64,000 bases of DNA, taken from the IMG/VR virus record IMGVR_UViG_3300045999_008055; one strand, given 5' to 3'. The notes below the pieces were generated by a model, which was not told the origin of the DNA, did no database searches, and saw only the letters and a program-made list of their open reading frames with translations. Origin of the DNA: a virus. The translations under genes were made by a program, and so were the position numbers. How positions within the stretch are numbered: the stretch's first letter is position 1; every line of letters begins with the position of its first letter. Below are positions 31,835-40,903 of this stretch, piece by piece.

Positions 31835-32978
31835 CTATATAGTCCTTTATTATATTATATAATCTAGACTCCTCTGGATTTGCTTCTCTTTCTACCTCAT
31901 CAAAATTATAGAATACATATTCTTTTAATTGATGGTGTTTGAATCGATGTATTCCTTTTTTGTCATCTCCATAAACATATATATATCTAAATGGTAGAGG
32001 TTCATTTTTTATTTTATATAAATTTCCATATTTGGGATAAAGTTGTTCGCTTTTATCTAAAAAATTTAATATCTTTTTAAAAATCATAGGATGCCAAAAA
32101 CCTTAAGTAATACCAAAGAAGATACTGTCGCACCAATTAGACTACTGCAAGTTCTAATTATTTCTAGTTTATGATTATGATGATCTACCCAAATTTCAAA
32201 AGGATCTCTTAGTTTGCCTTTGGCCAAAAGTTTTTTTCTTTGTTTTTTACTAAGTTTTAGATTTGATATATCTTTTAATGTTATCATTTTCTTCTTTTTC
32301 TATTTTTGACAGGTTTCCATATTTTATGTTCAACATCTAAATTAACGCTTAAATTCATTACCTTTTGATATATGCTATAACCAAGTCCATTAAACCATTG
32401 CATTGTTGTTCTGCTAATAATATCTCCAATAAAGTATAATAAATAAGATAAAATAAACTTCATTATTTTATTTCCATTTTATTTTCTCATAGTTTTCTTG
32501 GTATTTTTTTAAAGAAATACTCTTTGGAGGACTTTCTTTTAAATATGTACCAGGAATTTTAGTTGATAATGTCACATCTATAAGATCAGGATTTTCCTTA
32601 TTTCGTTTTTCTATTTGTTTAGTTTTATATTTCATTTTATCTTAATATATAAGTTTTTATTTTTTAATTTTTCATTTATATATTTTTGAGCATTAGATTT
32701 GCCTTCTTTTGTAAAAGGAAAGACTCCATATAGAAAATTATCATTTTTAGAATATATTCCGTAAAATTTTTTTTTATTCTTCATTTTCTGTTATTAGATC
32801 TTTTAAAAGTTTTAAATGATGAGTATTCCAATCTAAACCCGTTTCTTCCTTCTCTTTATTTAATTGATCTTTCAAATAATTATATTCAATTATTTGATTT
32901 AGTAGGGTAATGACAGTTTTATAATTCTTCATCTATAATATATTATATAATATCTAGTGTGTAATATATAATATATTT

Positions 32979-33593
32979 ATGGCTAATTATTTTGCTGCAG
33001 GATGTACATATACATTTAATATATTTTATACAAGAGCACCTTCAATAAATTGGAAGCCTGCATATAAACAATTTTTTAGCGATCCAGCTAGAACTTGCAG
33101 TAATATTTTTACATGTAGGGATTATTATGGAACAATTACAAATAGCGAACTTTGTACTATTGGGGCTACTAATAATCTTAATCCATCTACTCCAACATTT
33201 CGAACCTTTAATACAACAAACCGAACCCTTTCAAATGGATTTATAGTAAATGCTGGATTTTATATTATGGTTAGCTTTAGTAGAGCAAATCTTCTATCTT
33301 CATCTGCCATTGTAAATGGTGCATTTAGATATACTGGGGCTAGGATAAGAAATGAGGTTACTGGAACAGATTTAATTTTAAGTGCATCGATAATATCTCC
33401 TGTAGAAATAGGTGGATATCCACAAAGGGGATTTAATTTAGGAACTGGTCCTAGCGCTTCATATAATGAGTATGGAGACTTATGTTATATATATGATGTA
33501 ATTTTATCTAATTCTTATATAACAAATGGAAATGGATTTTTTCCAAGTAATTTAAGAGAAATTTTAACTTACGGTTGTCAGCCATGTCTTTAA
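32979..33593 (+). CDS. hypothetical beta-rich protein (possible virion protein)
   Basis: 204-aa ORF rich in T/S/N/G; GTGTAA motif upstream. Confidence 0.55.
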   Translation: MANYFAAGCTYTFNIFYTRAPSINWKPAYKQFFSDPARTCSNIFTCRDYYGTITNSELCTIGATNNLNPSTPTFRTFNTTNRTLSNGFIVNAGFYIMVSFSRANLLSSSAIVNGAFRYTGARIRNEVTGTDLILSASIISPVEIGGYPQRGFNLGTGPSASYNEYGDLCYIYDVILSNSYITNGNGFFPSNLREILTYGCQPCL

Positions 33594-33630
33594 TTTTAGA
33601 AATAAGGTTTATATAAAAGTATTATCCAAT

Positions 33631-34077
33631 ATGAGATCTATAGTACGCAAATATTACGAACTTCTTTGTTACGATGATATAATCTACAATAAATTAAAAA
33701 ATAAATATCCAGAACTAAAAGATCATCTTGATGATATAAGAAAAAATATTATTTCTGAAAAAAAAGAAAATATTATAAATTATTTAGAAATCAAAATAAA
33801 TTTAGAGAAAGATAATGAATATATAGAAAATATGTTTCTAGACGAAAGACTAACCGAAACCAGAAAACGTATAGATCATAATTGGGAAATCGCCGACAAA
33901 GAAGAAATAAAGAATGAAACAATGTCTTTTGAGATACTAGATTCCAATAAAGTTTATAAGATAAAAAAAGGAGATAAATATTGGTCTGAGTTTAAGCAAA
34001 ATATTGCGTCAAAAATATTTTTTCAAAATTTTTCAATTTTAGAAAAGAAAAATCATTTAGAAGTTTATTTTATTTAA
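33631..34077 (+). CDS. hypothetical protein
   Basis: 148-aa ORF. Confidence 0.55.
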   Translation: MRSIVRKYYELLCYDDIIYNKLKNKYPELKDHLDDIRKNIISEKKENIINYLEIKINLEKDNEYIENMFLDERLTETRKRIDHNWEIADKEEIKNETMSFEILDSNKVYKIKKGDKYWSEFKQNIASKIFFQNFSILEKKNHLEVYFI

Positions 34078-35066
34078 ATTAAATTTTTGTTTCCAGAGAA
34101 AGTTATCTCAATAAATTCATCTAAAGTATGATTTAATTGAGACTTAATGAAGGATTGCATAGCCTGTAAAGTATTGAATTTATAAAGATTATTATTTTGA
34201 AATATCTTATAGATATGTATCTTTTCAAGAATATCACATTTATTTATAATAAGTTTATTAACTCCAGAAATCTTAATTGAGTCAATTAGTTTATTTAGAT
34301 TCAACCAATTAACAATTCTTTTTCTTCCAGTTGTAGAACCATACTCTTGACCAGCTTCTATAAGCATATTTAATTCTGGATCTTCCCAAAGACTTTCTGG
34401 AAATAATGGGTCTACTCCACTCTTGGTGTCGTAAATCTTTGCAACTCCAATGATATCTCTAATTTTTTTAGGAGAAAAACCTAAAGAACAAGCTGAATAA
34501 GGTAAAGTTTCGCTACTTGTAACATATGGATAATCTCCATAATTTATATCAAGCCAAAAACTCTGTGCGCCTTCGCAGAGGATATTGCCATAAAGTTCAC
34601 TATCCCAAAGATATTTTTTGTCAATATAATCTCTAGCTAGTTTACCTACTCTCAACATTTTATCTCCATATGCAGGAGCAATGCCTTGACCAGTTGTTCC
34701 AAGTTTAGGTTTTAAAAATTGAAGATCATATTTAATATGTCTTTCAGTAATTATATGAGCTTTTGGACTAATTTTAATTAAAGATGTATCAAATCCTTCT
34801 TTCTGCAAATATTCTATTTCATCAAAAAATTTATCAACATTGACAACGCAGTTTGGGCCAATGACGCTAAGTTTATTTTGGAAAATTCCGCAAGGAATAA
34901 TATGGGTTTTATATTTTTTATCATTAAGGTAAACTGTATGACCAGCATTTGGACCACCATTCCAGCGACAGACTATGTCGTAATTTTTAGCTATAGCATT
35001 ACTGATCTTACCTTTGCCTTCATCTCCCCAAGCTAAACCAAATATTATATCAACTGCTTTTATCAT
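34074..35066 (-). CDS. purA: adenylosuccinate synthetase (short type)
   Basis: WGDEGKGK, GGPNAGHT, GTTGQGI.PAY, EGAQ, YPYVTSS, TTGRKR. Confidence 0.9.
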   Translation of the reverse strand: MIKAVDIIFGLAWGDEGKGKISNAIAKNYDIVCRWNGGPNAGHTVYLNDKKYKTHIIPCGIFQNKLSVIGPNCVVNVDKFFDEIEYLQKEGFDTSLIKISPKAHIITERHIKYDLQFLKPKLGTTGQGIAPAYGDKMLRVGKLARDYIDKKYLWDSELYGNILCEGAQSFWLDINYGDYPYVTSSETLPYSACSLGFSPKKIRDIIGVAKIYDTKSGVDPLFPESLWEDPELNMLIEAGQEYGSTTGRKRIVNWLNLNKLIDSIKISGVNKLIINKCDILEKIHIYKIFQNNNLYKFNTLQAMQSFIKSQLNHTLDEFIEITFSGNKNLI

Positions 35067-35289
35067 CTGGTTTTTGTCTTAATTCATTAATATAATTTTC
35101 TAAATTCTCTTTTGCTTTTGTGCAGAAATCTTGTCCAGAAGCGCCACAGCAATTTTTAAATTTTTTATTTGTCAATGGACACAATGCATTTCTGGAAATC
35201 TTTGGCAAAACTCTAACCACTGGAGAGAATGGGGTAGCTCTTGCGTATGGATTATTATTTAATGTTATTTTTTCTATTTGATCACTCAT
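35050..35289 (-). CDS. SEC-C motif-like small protein
   Basis: KISRNALCPLTNKKFKNCCG. Confidence 0.6.
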   Translation of the reverse strand: MSDQIEKITLNNNPYARATPFSPVVRVLPKISRNALCPLTNKKFKNCCGASGQDFCTKAKENLENYINELRQKPDDKSS

Positions 35290-35683
35290 TATTTTTTAAT
35301 GTTGGTTTAAGTGCATTATAATTTGCATTGTATCTATTTACATCTCCTATTTTATTAGCATCCATAAGCATGAAGGCTTTTTGATTTAATCTAAAATTTT
35401 CAGATTGTTTTGCGGAAATTACTCCCTGTATTCTTGATCTTGATATTGATTCATCTTTTCTTAAGACTGAGTAATTGCTTTTTTCTGAGTTTAGCATTTT
35501 AATCATCTTTCTATTAGATTCTATTTGAGATTTTGCGATATGATATTCTGCGCCTCTGGTAACATTATCATATTTCTGATATGTCGTTTGACCATGAGAG
35601 CAACTAATCAATATATATATAAATATAATTGATAGTAGAATCTGCTTAATATAATTTTTATTTTCCATGAGCAAATCCCTCAT
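35282..35683 (-). CDS. putative secreted/lipoprotein
   Basis: Hydrophobic N-terminus with LISC. Confidence 0.45.
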   Translation of the reverse strand: MRDLLMENKNYIKQILLSIIFIYILISCSHGQTTYQKYDNVTRGAEYHIAKSQIESNRKMIKMLNSEKSNYSVLRKDESISRSRIQGVISAKQSENFRLNQKAFMLMDANKIGDVNRYNANYNALKPTLKNNE

Positions 35684-36758
35684 ATAAAGAATTACTTGTT
35701 ACTTTAATTGCTTTTATCTTGTCTGTCCATAAGCCGCCTCTCATATCTTCCATTGATCTAAACCCAAGATAACTCATAGCACTTCTTAAACCATTAGCAA
35801 AATCATAAACTACATCTTCGATAGTTTTATCTTCAATAAGAGGTATCAAAGTATTATCTCCTTCTACGAATAAATTTCTCTTCGTTCCATCGGATAGTTC
35901 ATATTCTTCAACAACATCCTTACTAGCCATTCCTCTATATCTTGCATATCTTTTACCATTATTTTCTACAATGTTTTCTTCATCAACTACGTCAGCTAAC
36001 CCAGCGAATATCCTGCCGCAAATTACTGCGTCTGCACCGCTCGCAATAGCCTTTACTAAATCTTTTGGATATCTAATACCGCCATCTGCTAGTATACTAG
36101 GACGATTCTCTTCTTTAGGATTTTCATGTCTAAAATAATCTAGATTTGCTAATTGAAAATTTCTAACAGCTTTCCAAGCATAATATAAACCTGTAACGCT
36201 TGGGCATCCTATACCTGTTTTCATTTGAGTTAAGCACATACTTCCAGGACCAATCAGATGTCTAAATCCATCTGCCTTAAGATTAGCAAGTCTATATACA
36301 CTTTGCTTTGTAAGCGTATTTCCTACGATAATATCCTGTTTATAATTTGACTGCTTGTAATCAATAAGAAAATTCTCGACTTGTATAGATAAACCATTTG
36401 CAGTATCTAGAAAAAATATGTCAGTATATGGAGACAATTCTTTTATTCTGTCTTTGGAATCTTTAAGGCCAATGGCATTTATAGAAAAATTACTTTCATC
36501 TTTAATTTTTTTACTTTTTGCTACCTGTTCTTCTATTGACATAAATCTATGCAAAACTCCAGCTGCGCCAATTTTATTTATCTTAATACAGGATTTAACA
36601 GAAGAAACTGTATCCATTGGAGAAAGTATAATTGGAATCTCTACATATTTATTCTTAGAGATCTTAGTTCTAGTAGAAATCTCTTTTCTAGAGACAATAT
36701 CAGAAAAATTTGGTAGTAAAGTTATGTCATCATAACTTAAACTTTCTTTGAATTCCAT
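35658..36758 (-). CDS. IMP dehydrogenase / GMP reductase family protein (no CBS domains)
   Basis: SPMDTV, GVLHRF, IGPGSMCLT, ADGGI...D..KA...GAD, YRGMAS, GLRSAMSY.G. Confidence 0.9.
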   Translation of the reverse strand: MEFKESLSYDDITLLPNFSDIVSRKEISTRTKISKNKYVEIPIILSPMDTVSSVKSCIKINKIGAAGVLHRFMSIEEQVAKSKKIKDESNFSINAIGLKDSKDRIKELSPYTDIFFLDTANGLSIQVENFLIDYKQSNYKQDIIVGNTLTKQSVYRLANLKADGFRHLIGPGSMCLTQMKTGIGCPSVTGLYYAWKAVRNFQLANLDYFRHENPKEENRPSILADGGIRYPKDLVKAIASGADAVICGRIFAGLADVVDEENIVENNGKRYARYRGMASKDVVEEYELSDGTKRNLFVEGDNTLIPLIEDKTIEDVVYDFANGLRSAMSYLGFRSMEDMRGGLWTDKIKAIKVTSNSLYEGFAHGK

Positions 36759-36793
36759 ATTTAAAATATACTACAAATTATTATCTATGTCAA

Positions 36794-37087
36794 TCAAACT
36801 TCTAAAAAAATATTTCCGTCTAATGATCTAAAATAGATTTTATTTACATTTAATATAACTTTAAGTCTTTCAAAATCTTCTTTTGGTTGATTCATTATCT
36901 TTGCTACAAAATAATTTTGAGCGTTGACTTCCCTGTTTTTCTTCGAACAATTACATCCACCAATGGTACTGTTGTACATTGTGACTACATCTCTCCAAAT
37001 ATCTAAGTCCTTATTCTTGTTATTATTTAAAAGTTCGGCGAATGAACTTAACTCTAAATTTATACTATTCATTATATCTTTTTCCAA
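36794..37087 (-). CDS. hypothetical protein (GGCNC motif)
   Basis: ORF. Confidence 0.55.
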   Translation of the reverse strand: MEKDIMNSINLELSSFAELLNNNKNKDLDIWRDVVTMYNSTIGGCNCSKKNREVNAQNYFVAKIMNQPKEDFERLKVILNVNKIYFRSLDGNIFLEV

Positions 37088-37418
37088 AATAAATTAATAC
37101 ATAATATATTACAATAGAAAGCACATAATTTACAAAAAAGAAATATTTATTAATTAGCAAGCAGACAGTAGTTAAATTAATCCAAAATAGTGAACAATAT
37201 ATACAAGACACCAATCTTGTTAAAAAATTATTATAATATACTTGAAGATATACTGGGTATGTTAAATTGCCACCTTTAAACTGATAATCCTTAAATTCTT
37301 TAATCTTTAATAGATTTCTTACCTTTGGTATATACTTAAAATACTCTATAAATGCTTCTGTATTAAACCAGATAAATAACCAAAATACATTATAAAAACT
37401 AAAAATAATATCTATCAT
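37065..37418 (-). CDS. membrane protein with CxxCxxxW motif
   Basis: LVSCIYCSLFW among hydrophobic segments. Confidence 0.55.
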   Translation of the reverse strand: MIDIIFSFYNVFWLFIWFNTEAFIEYFKYIPKVRNLLKIKEFKDYQFKGGNLTYPVYLQVYYNNFLTRLVSCIYCSLFWINLTTVCLLINKYFFFVNYVLSIVIYYVLIYFGKRYNE

Positions 37419-37831
37419 TTGACAGTATATTTTATCAAATTTATATTATAAAAATCAAATATTTCTTTAGCTAATTCATCTTTAGCGTACTCTTCAACAT
37501 AAATAACTTCTTTTATTCCATGAGAAGCTATATTTATTGCACAACTTGAGCAAGGAAGTAGGGTGGAAGCTAATATGTAAGGACTTTCATATCTTGTAAT
37601 ACAGGATAAGGCATTTGTTTCTGCGTGAATTACGTATTTTCTTCTTTCATCTCTATCTTCCCAAAAATTATCATTTACCTTATGCTTTGGAGATAGTCCG
37701 TTGTATCCTATGCTTAGAACTCTACCTTCGCTATTCAATATGCAACATCCAACTTTCTTATGAGGATCTTCTGATCTCAAAGAAGCATCTAACGCAAATC
37801 TTATCGCCATTTCATTAAAAGAAATTCTCAT
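37415..37831 (-). CDS. dCMP deaminase
   Basis: RSEDP..KVGC, GYNG, HAETNA, PCSSCA. Confidence 0.9.
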   Translation of the reverse strand: MRISFNEMAIRFALDASLRSEDPHKKVGCCILNSEGRVLSIGYNGLSPKHKVNDNFWEDRDERRKYVIHAETNALSCITRYESPYILASTLLPCSSCAINIASHGIKEVIYVEEYAKDELAKEIFDFYNINLIKYTVK

Positions 37832-37910
37832 AGCTATATGATATATATATTTTAAAAAAAAGTCAAATTGATACTTTACTTTTAATTAAACTTGTAATAT
37901 AATACCTTTT

Positions 37911-38492
37911 ATGATTGGCATAACTGGTGTCGCAAGATCTGGAAAAGATACTTTCTATTCTATATTAAATAAATATCTAAAAGAGAAAAATCTAGAATCA
38001 CAGAGAATAGCTTTAGCAGATGAGTTAAAGAAAGAGCTTGGTGATTTTGTAGAAAAGAAATTTAAAATAGATTTAAATAAATGTGATGGTTCTGATAAAG
38101 AATTAATTAGACCTCTTATGGTCGCTTATGGAAAATGTAGAAGAGTACAGACTCAAGGAAAATATTGGACATCTATTGTAGATCAAAAAGTTAAAGAACT
38201 AAAGAAGGACAATATTGTTCCGATAATAACTGATATTAGATATATAGAATACAAAGAAGATGAGTATGCGTGGTTGAAATCGTATAATGGTATTTTAATT
38301 CATTTATCTAGAAAATTAGACGATGGATCTTTTGTTCCTCCCGCTAATATGGAAGAAAAATCAAATGACAATAAATTGAAAGCAGTAGCAGATTTCTCAA
38401 TATGCTGGGAAACTTGTCAAGATACAAATTTTCTATATGAGTTAATGCAAAAGAATTTAAGGAATATATATGACAGACTTACAATTAATTAA
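37911..38492 (+). CDS. deoxynucleoside monophosphate kinase-like protein
   Basis: IGITGVARSGKDT, LADELK, IITDIRY..E. Confidence 0.75.
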   Translation: MIGITGVARSGKDTFYSILNKYLKEKNLESQRIALADELKKELGDFVEKKFKIDLNKCDGSDKELIRPLMVAYGKCRRVQTQGKYWTSIVDQKVKELKKDNIVPIITDIRYIEYKEDEYAWLKSYNGILIHLSRKLDDGSFVPPANMEEKSNDNKLKAVADFSICWETCQDTNFLYELMQKNLRNIYDRLTIN

Positions 38493-39060
38493 TAACATTA
38501 AAAAACATGATTGCGAAAAAAGTTTATTAGAACTCGCTGAAAAACATACTGGAATCTGTAATAAAATGATACAGAAATATTGCAGAGTGTGTTCTGATAT
38601 AGGAGTTTCTATAGATAATTTAAATACAGATAAATTATTGGTAGTATATAGATCTGCTAAAAATTTTAATCCAGATAAGAAAATAAAGTTTTCTACATGG
38701 CTTGGTAATCAAATGAGATATCATTGCTTAAATACTTTAAATAAAACAAGTAAAGATGTATCTATGGAGAATGAAAGCATAAAATTTATTGCTGAAAAAA
38801 ATCAAAGTCTTTTTCTTGATAAAGAAAATTCTACGCAAGATAAGATTGATTTTATTAATGATATATTGAATCAAATGGGTGATTCTAGAATTAAAAAGAT
38901 CTTTAACCTAAGATATTTTTCCGATTCTAAGATTAATTCTTGGTATAAAATAGGCAAGAAAATGAAGATAAGCACTCAGACAGCTATAAATATACATAAT
39001 AAAGCGATTAGTTTTTTGAATAAAAAGATGTCTAGTAATTTTTTATTTGACAAAATATAA
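38470..39060 (+). CDS. phage sigma-70-family sigma factor-like protein
   Basis: Region 2-like FNPDKKIKFSTW...RY; region 4-like IFNLRYF....W.KIGK.M.IS. Confidence 0.7.
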   Translation: MTDLQLINNIKKHDCEKSLLELAEKHTGICNKMIQKYCRVCSDIGVSIDNLNTDKLLVVYRSAKNFNPDKKIKFSTWLGNQMRYHCLNTLNKTSKDVSMENESIKFIAEKNQSLFLDKENSTQDKIDFINDILNQMGDSRIKKIFNLRYFSDSKINSWYKIGKKMKISTQTAINIHNKAISFLNKKMSSNFLFDKI

Positions 39061-39083
39061 TATATATTATATAATTTTAAAAT

Positions 39084-39374
39084 ATGAATACAAAATCTAA
39101 CAATAATAATAACAAAAATCAAAATGAGCTGGGCGCTCTTTGGAAAAAGAAAAGTAAAACTGGTCTGTCATTTCTATCTGGTTACATTAATGATCATGAT
39201 GGTCAAAGAATTGATGTAGTAGTTTTTGCTAATAGCAATAAGAAGAATGAGAAAGCTCCAGATTATAGACTATATGTTTCCAAGCCTTTAGAAAATAAGG
39301 ATACACCAAAGGTTGAACCCAAAAAGGTAGTAAAGAAAACTGAGGTAGTTGATTCAGAAGAAGAATTATTCTAA
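39084..39374 (+). CDS. DUF736-like putative ssDNA-binding protein
   Basis: LGALWKK.SK.G..FLSG...N..K..EKAPDY; acidic C-tail ending EEELF. Confidence 0.6.
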   Translation: MNTKSNNNNNKNQNELGALWKKKSKTGLSFLSGYINDHDGQRIDVVVFANSNKKNEKAPDYRLYVSKPLENKDTPKVEPKKVVKKTEVVDSEEELF

Positions 39375-39395
39375 TTCTCAATCTATTTAATATAG

Positions 39396-40484
39396 ATGAG
39401 TTTTATTTTAAATGTTCCAGTAAATAGTGTTAGTTTTGGTCAAGTATCAACTCTAATCGTAAGAGAACTATTTAAATTAAATAAAGAATTCATTCTTTAC
39501 CCTATCGGGAATAACGCTGATTTATCATCTCAGGATATAGATGAAAATTTCTATAATTACATAAAAAATTCTTCTGATAATTACCTATCAAGATCTAAGA
39601 GAGAATTTCCAGCGTTTAAACTTTGGCATTTAAATGGTTCTATAGAATCTATTTCTAACAAAAGATTCTTATTATCATTCTACGAACTAGATAATCCAAC
39701 AAAAGAAGAAATTAATATAGTAAAAAATCAAGATAAGGTTTATTTCTCATCTAACTATACAGTTGATCTATTTAAAAGTTTTGGCTGTAATAATGTTGAA
39801 TATCTGCCTCTAGCTTTTGATAAATACAATTTTAATACATTAAATAAGAAATATTTTAATGATGATAGAGTTGTATTTAATCTAGTTGGTAAACTAGAGA
39901 AAAGAAAGCATCACAAGAAAGTAATACAATCTTGGATTAAAAAGTACGGAAATAAGCATGGATATCATTTACAATGTGCTATCTATAATCCTTTCCTTAA
40001 AGAAGAAGATAATAAAGCTTTGCTAAATTCTATACTAGAAGGTAAAAATTATTTTAATATTTCATTTTTGGGTCAAATGCAGAAAAATTCATTGTACAAT
40101 GATTTCTTGAATAGCGGAGATATTATAATTGGTATGAGTGGCGGAGAAGGATGGGGTTTACCAGAGTTTCAATCGGTCTCAATAGGAAAACACGCTATTA
40201 TTCTGAATGCTCATGCATATAAAGAGTGGGCTAATGAAGAAAATTCTGTTCTAGTTGAACCAAATGGCAAGATAGAAGCTTATGATGGAATGTTTTTCCA
40301 AAAAGGTTCTCAATATAATCAAGGAAATATTTTCGATTTTAATCAAGACGATTTCTTAAGCGCATGTGATAAAGCTGTAGATAGAGTAAAATTAAATAGA
40401 TCAAATGCTAAAGGTCTAGAATTACAAGCTAAGTTTAGCTCAGAAAAATTGGCGCAAAACGTACTAAACATAATCAATAAATAA
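39396..40484 (+). CDS. glycosyltransferase (GT-B, family 4-like)
   Basis: GKLEKRK, S.GEGWGLP..Q. Confidence 0.8.
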   Translation: MSFILNVPVNSVSFGQVSTLIVRELFKLNKEFILYPIGNNADLSSQDIDENFYNYIKNSSDNYLSRSKREFPAFKLWHLNGSIESISNKRFLLSFYELDNPTKEEINIVKNQDKVYFSSNYTVDLFKSFGCNNVEYLPLAFDKYNFNTLNKKYFNDDRVVFNLVGKLEKRKHHKKVIQSWIKKYGNKHGYHLQCAIYNPFLKEEDNKALLNSILEGKNYFNISFLGQMQKNSLYNDFLNSGDIIIGMSGGEGWGLPEFQSVSIGKHAIILNAHAYKEWANEENSVLVEPNGKIEAYDGMFFQKGSQYNQGNIFDFNQDDFLSACDKAVDRVKLNRSNAKGLELQAKFSSEKLAQNVLNIINK

Positions 40485-40485
40485 T

Positions 40486-40836
40486 ATGCCAATATATCTC
40501 TATCAACATCCAAAGACAAAACAAATAAAAGAGATCATACAAAGTGTTCATGATAAACATGAATATATTGAAAATGGAGTTAAATGGGATAGAATTTTTA
40601 CTGCTCCAGAATTAAATACTCATGATAAACTTGGCGCAGAATCATCTTCGCAAAAGTTTGCAGAATTAACTGGTAAACAAAAAGGTACAATGGGAGATCT
40701 TTGGGATCGTAGCAAAGAACTTTCTGAGAAAAGAAAGAAGCTCTATGGTGGAGAAGATCCTGTAAAAAAGAATTATTATAAAGACTGGTCTAAGAAACGA
40801 AAAGGAAAAGTACACCCAAAAAGTCAATCCGAGTAA
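40486..40836 (+). CDS. FmdB-like small protein
   Basis: MPIY.Y N-terminus (lacks the Zn cysteines). Confidence 0.5.
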   Translation: MPIYLYQHPKTKQIKEIIQSVHDKHEYIENGVKWDRIFTAPELNTHDKLGAESSSQKFAELTGKQKGTMGDLWDRSKELSEKRKKLYGGEDPVKKNYYKDWSKKRKGKVHPKSQSE

Positions 40837-40903
40837 ATTGTTAGTAAGTTTTTTGTTTTTTCTTTTCTTAACCTTAAAATCAATGTAATATAAGATTCAC
40901 AGC

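Noticed and set aside
34074-35066. PurZ / Z-genome (2-aminoadenine) pathway, given PurA-like plus MazG-like genes
   Set aside because: The P-loop has Asp (GDEGKG) as in PurA, not the Ser of PurZ, and no adjacent dATPase-type gene is visible.
96-36735. Numerous plus-strand ORFs of 60-126 aa overlapping minus-strand genes (e.g. 1643-2023, 27746-28078, 36418-36735)
   Set aside because: Antisense shadows of well-supported genes, with no motifs or promoters.
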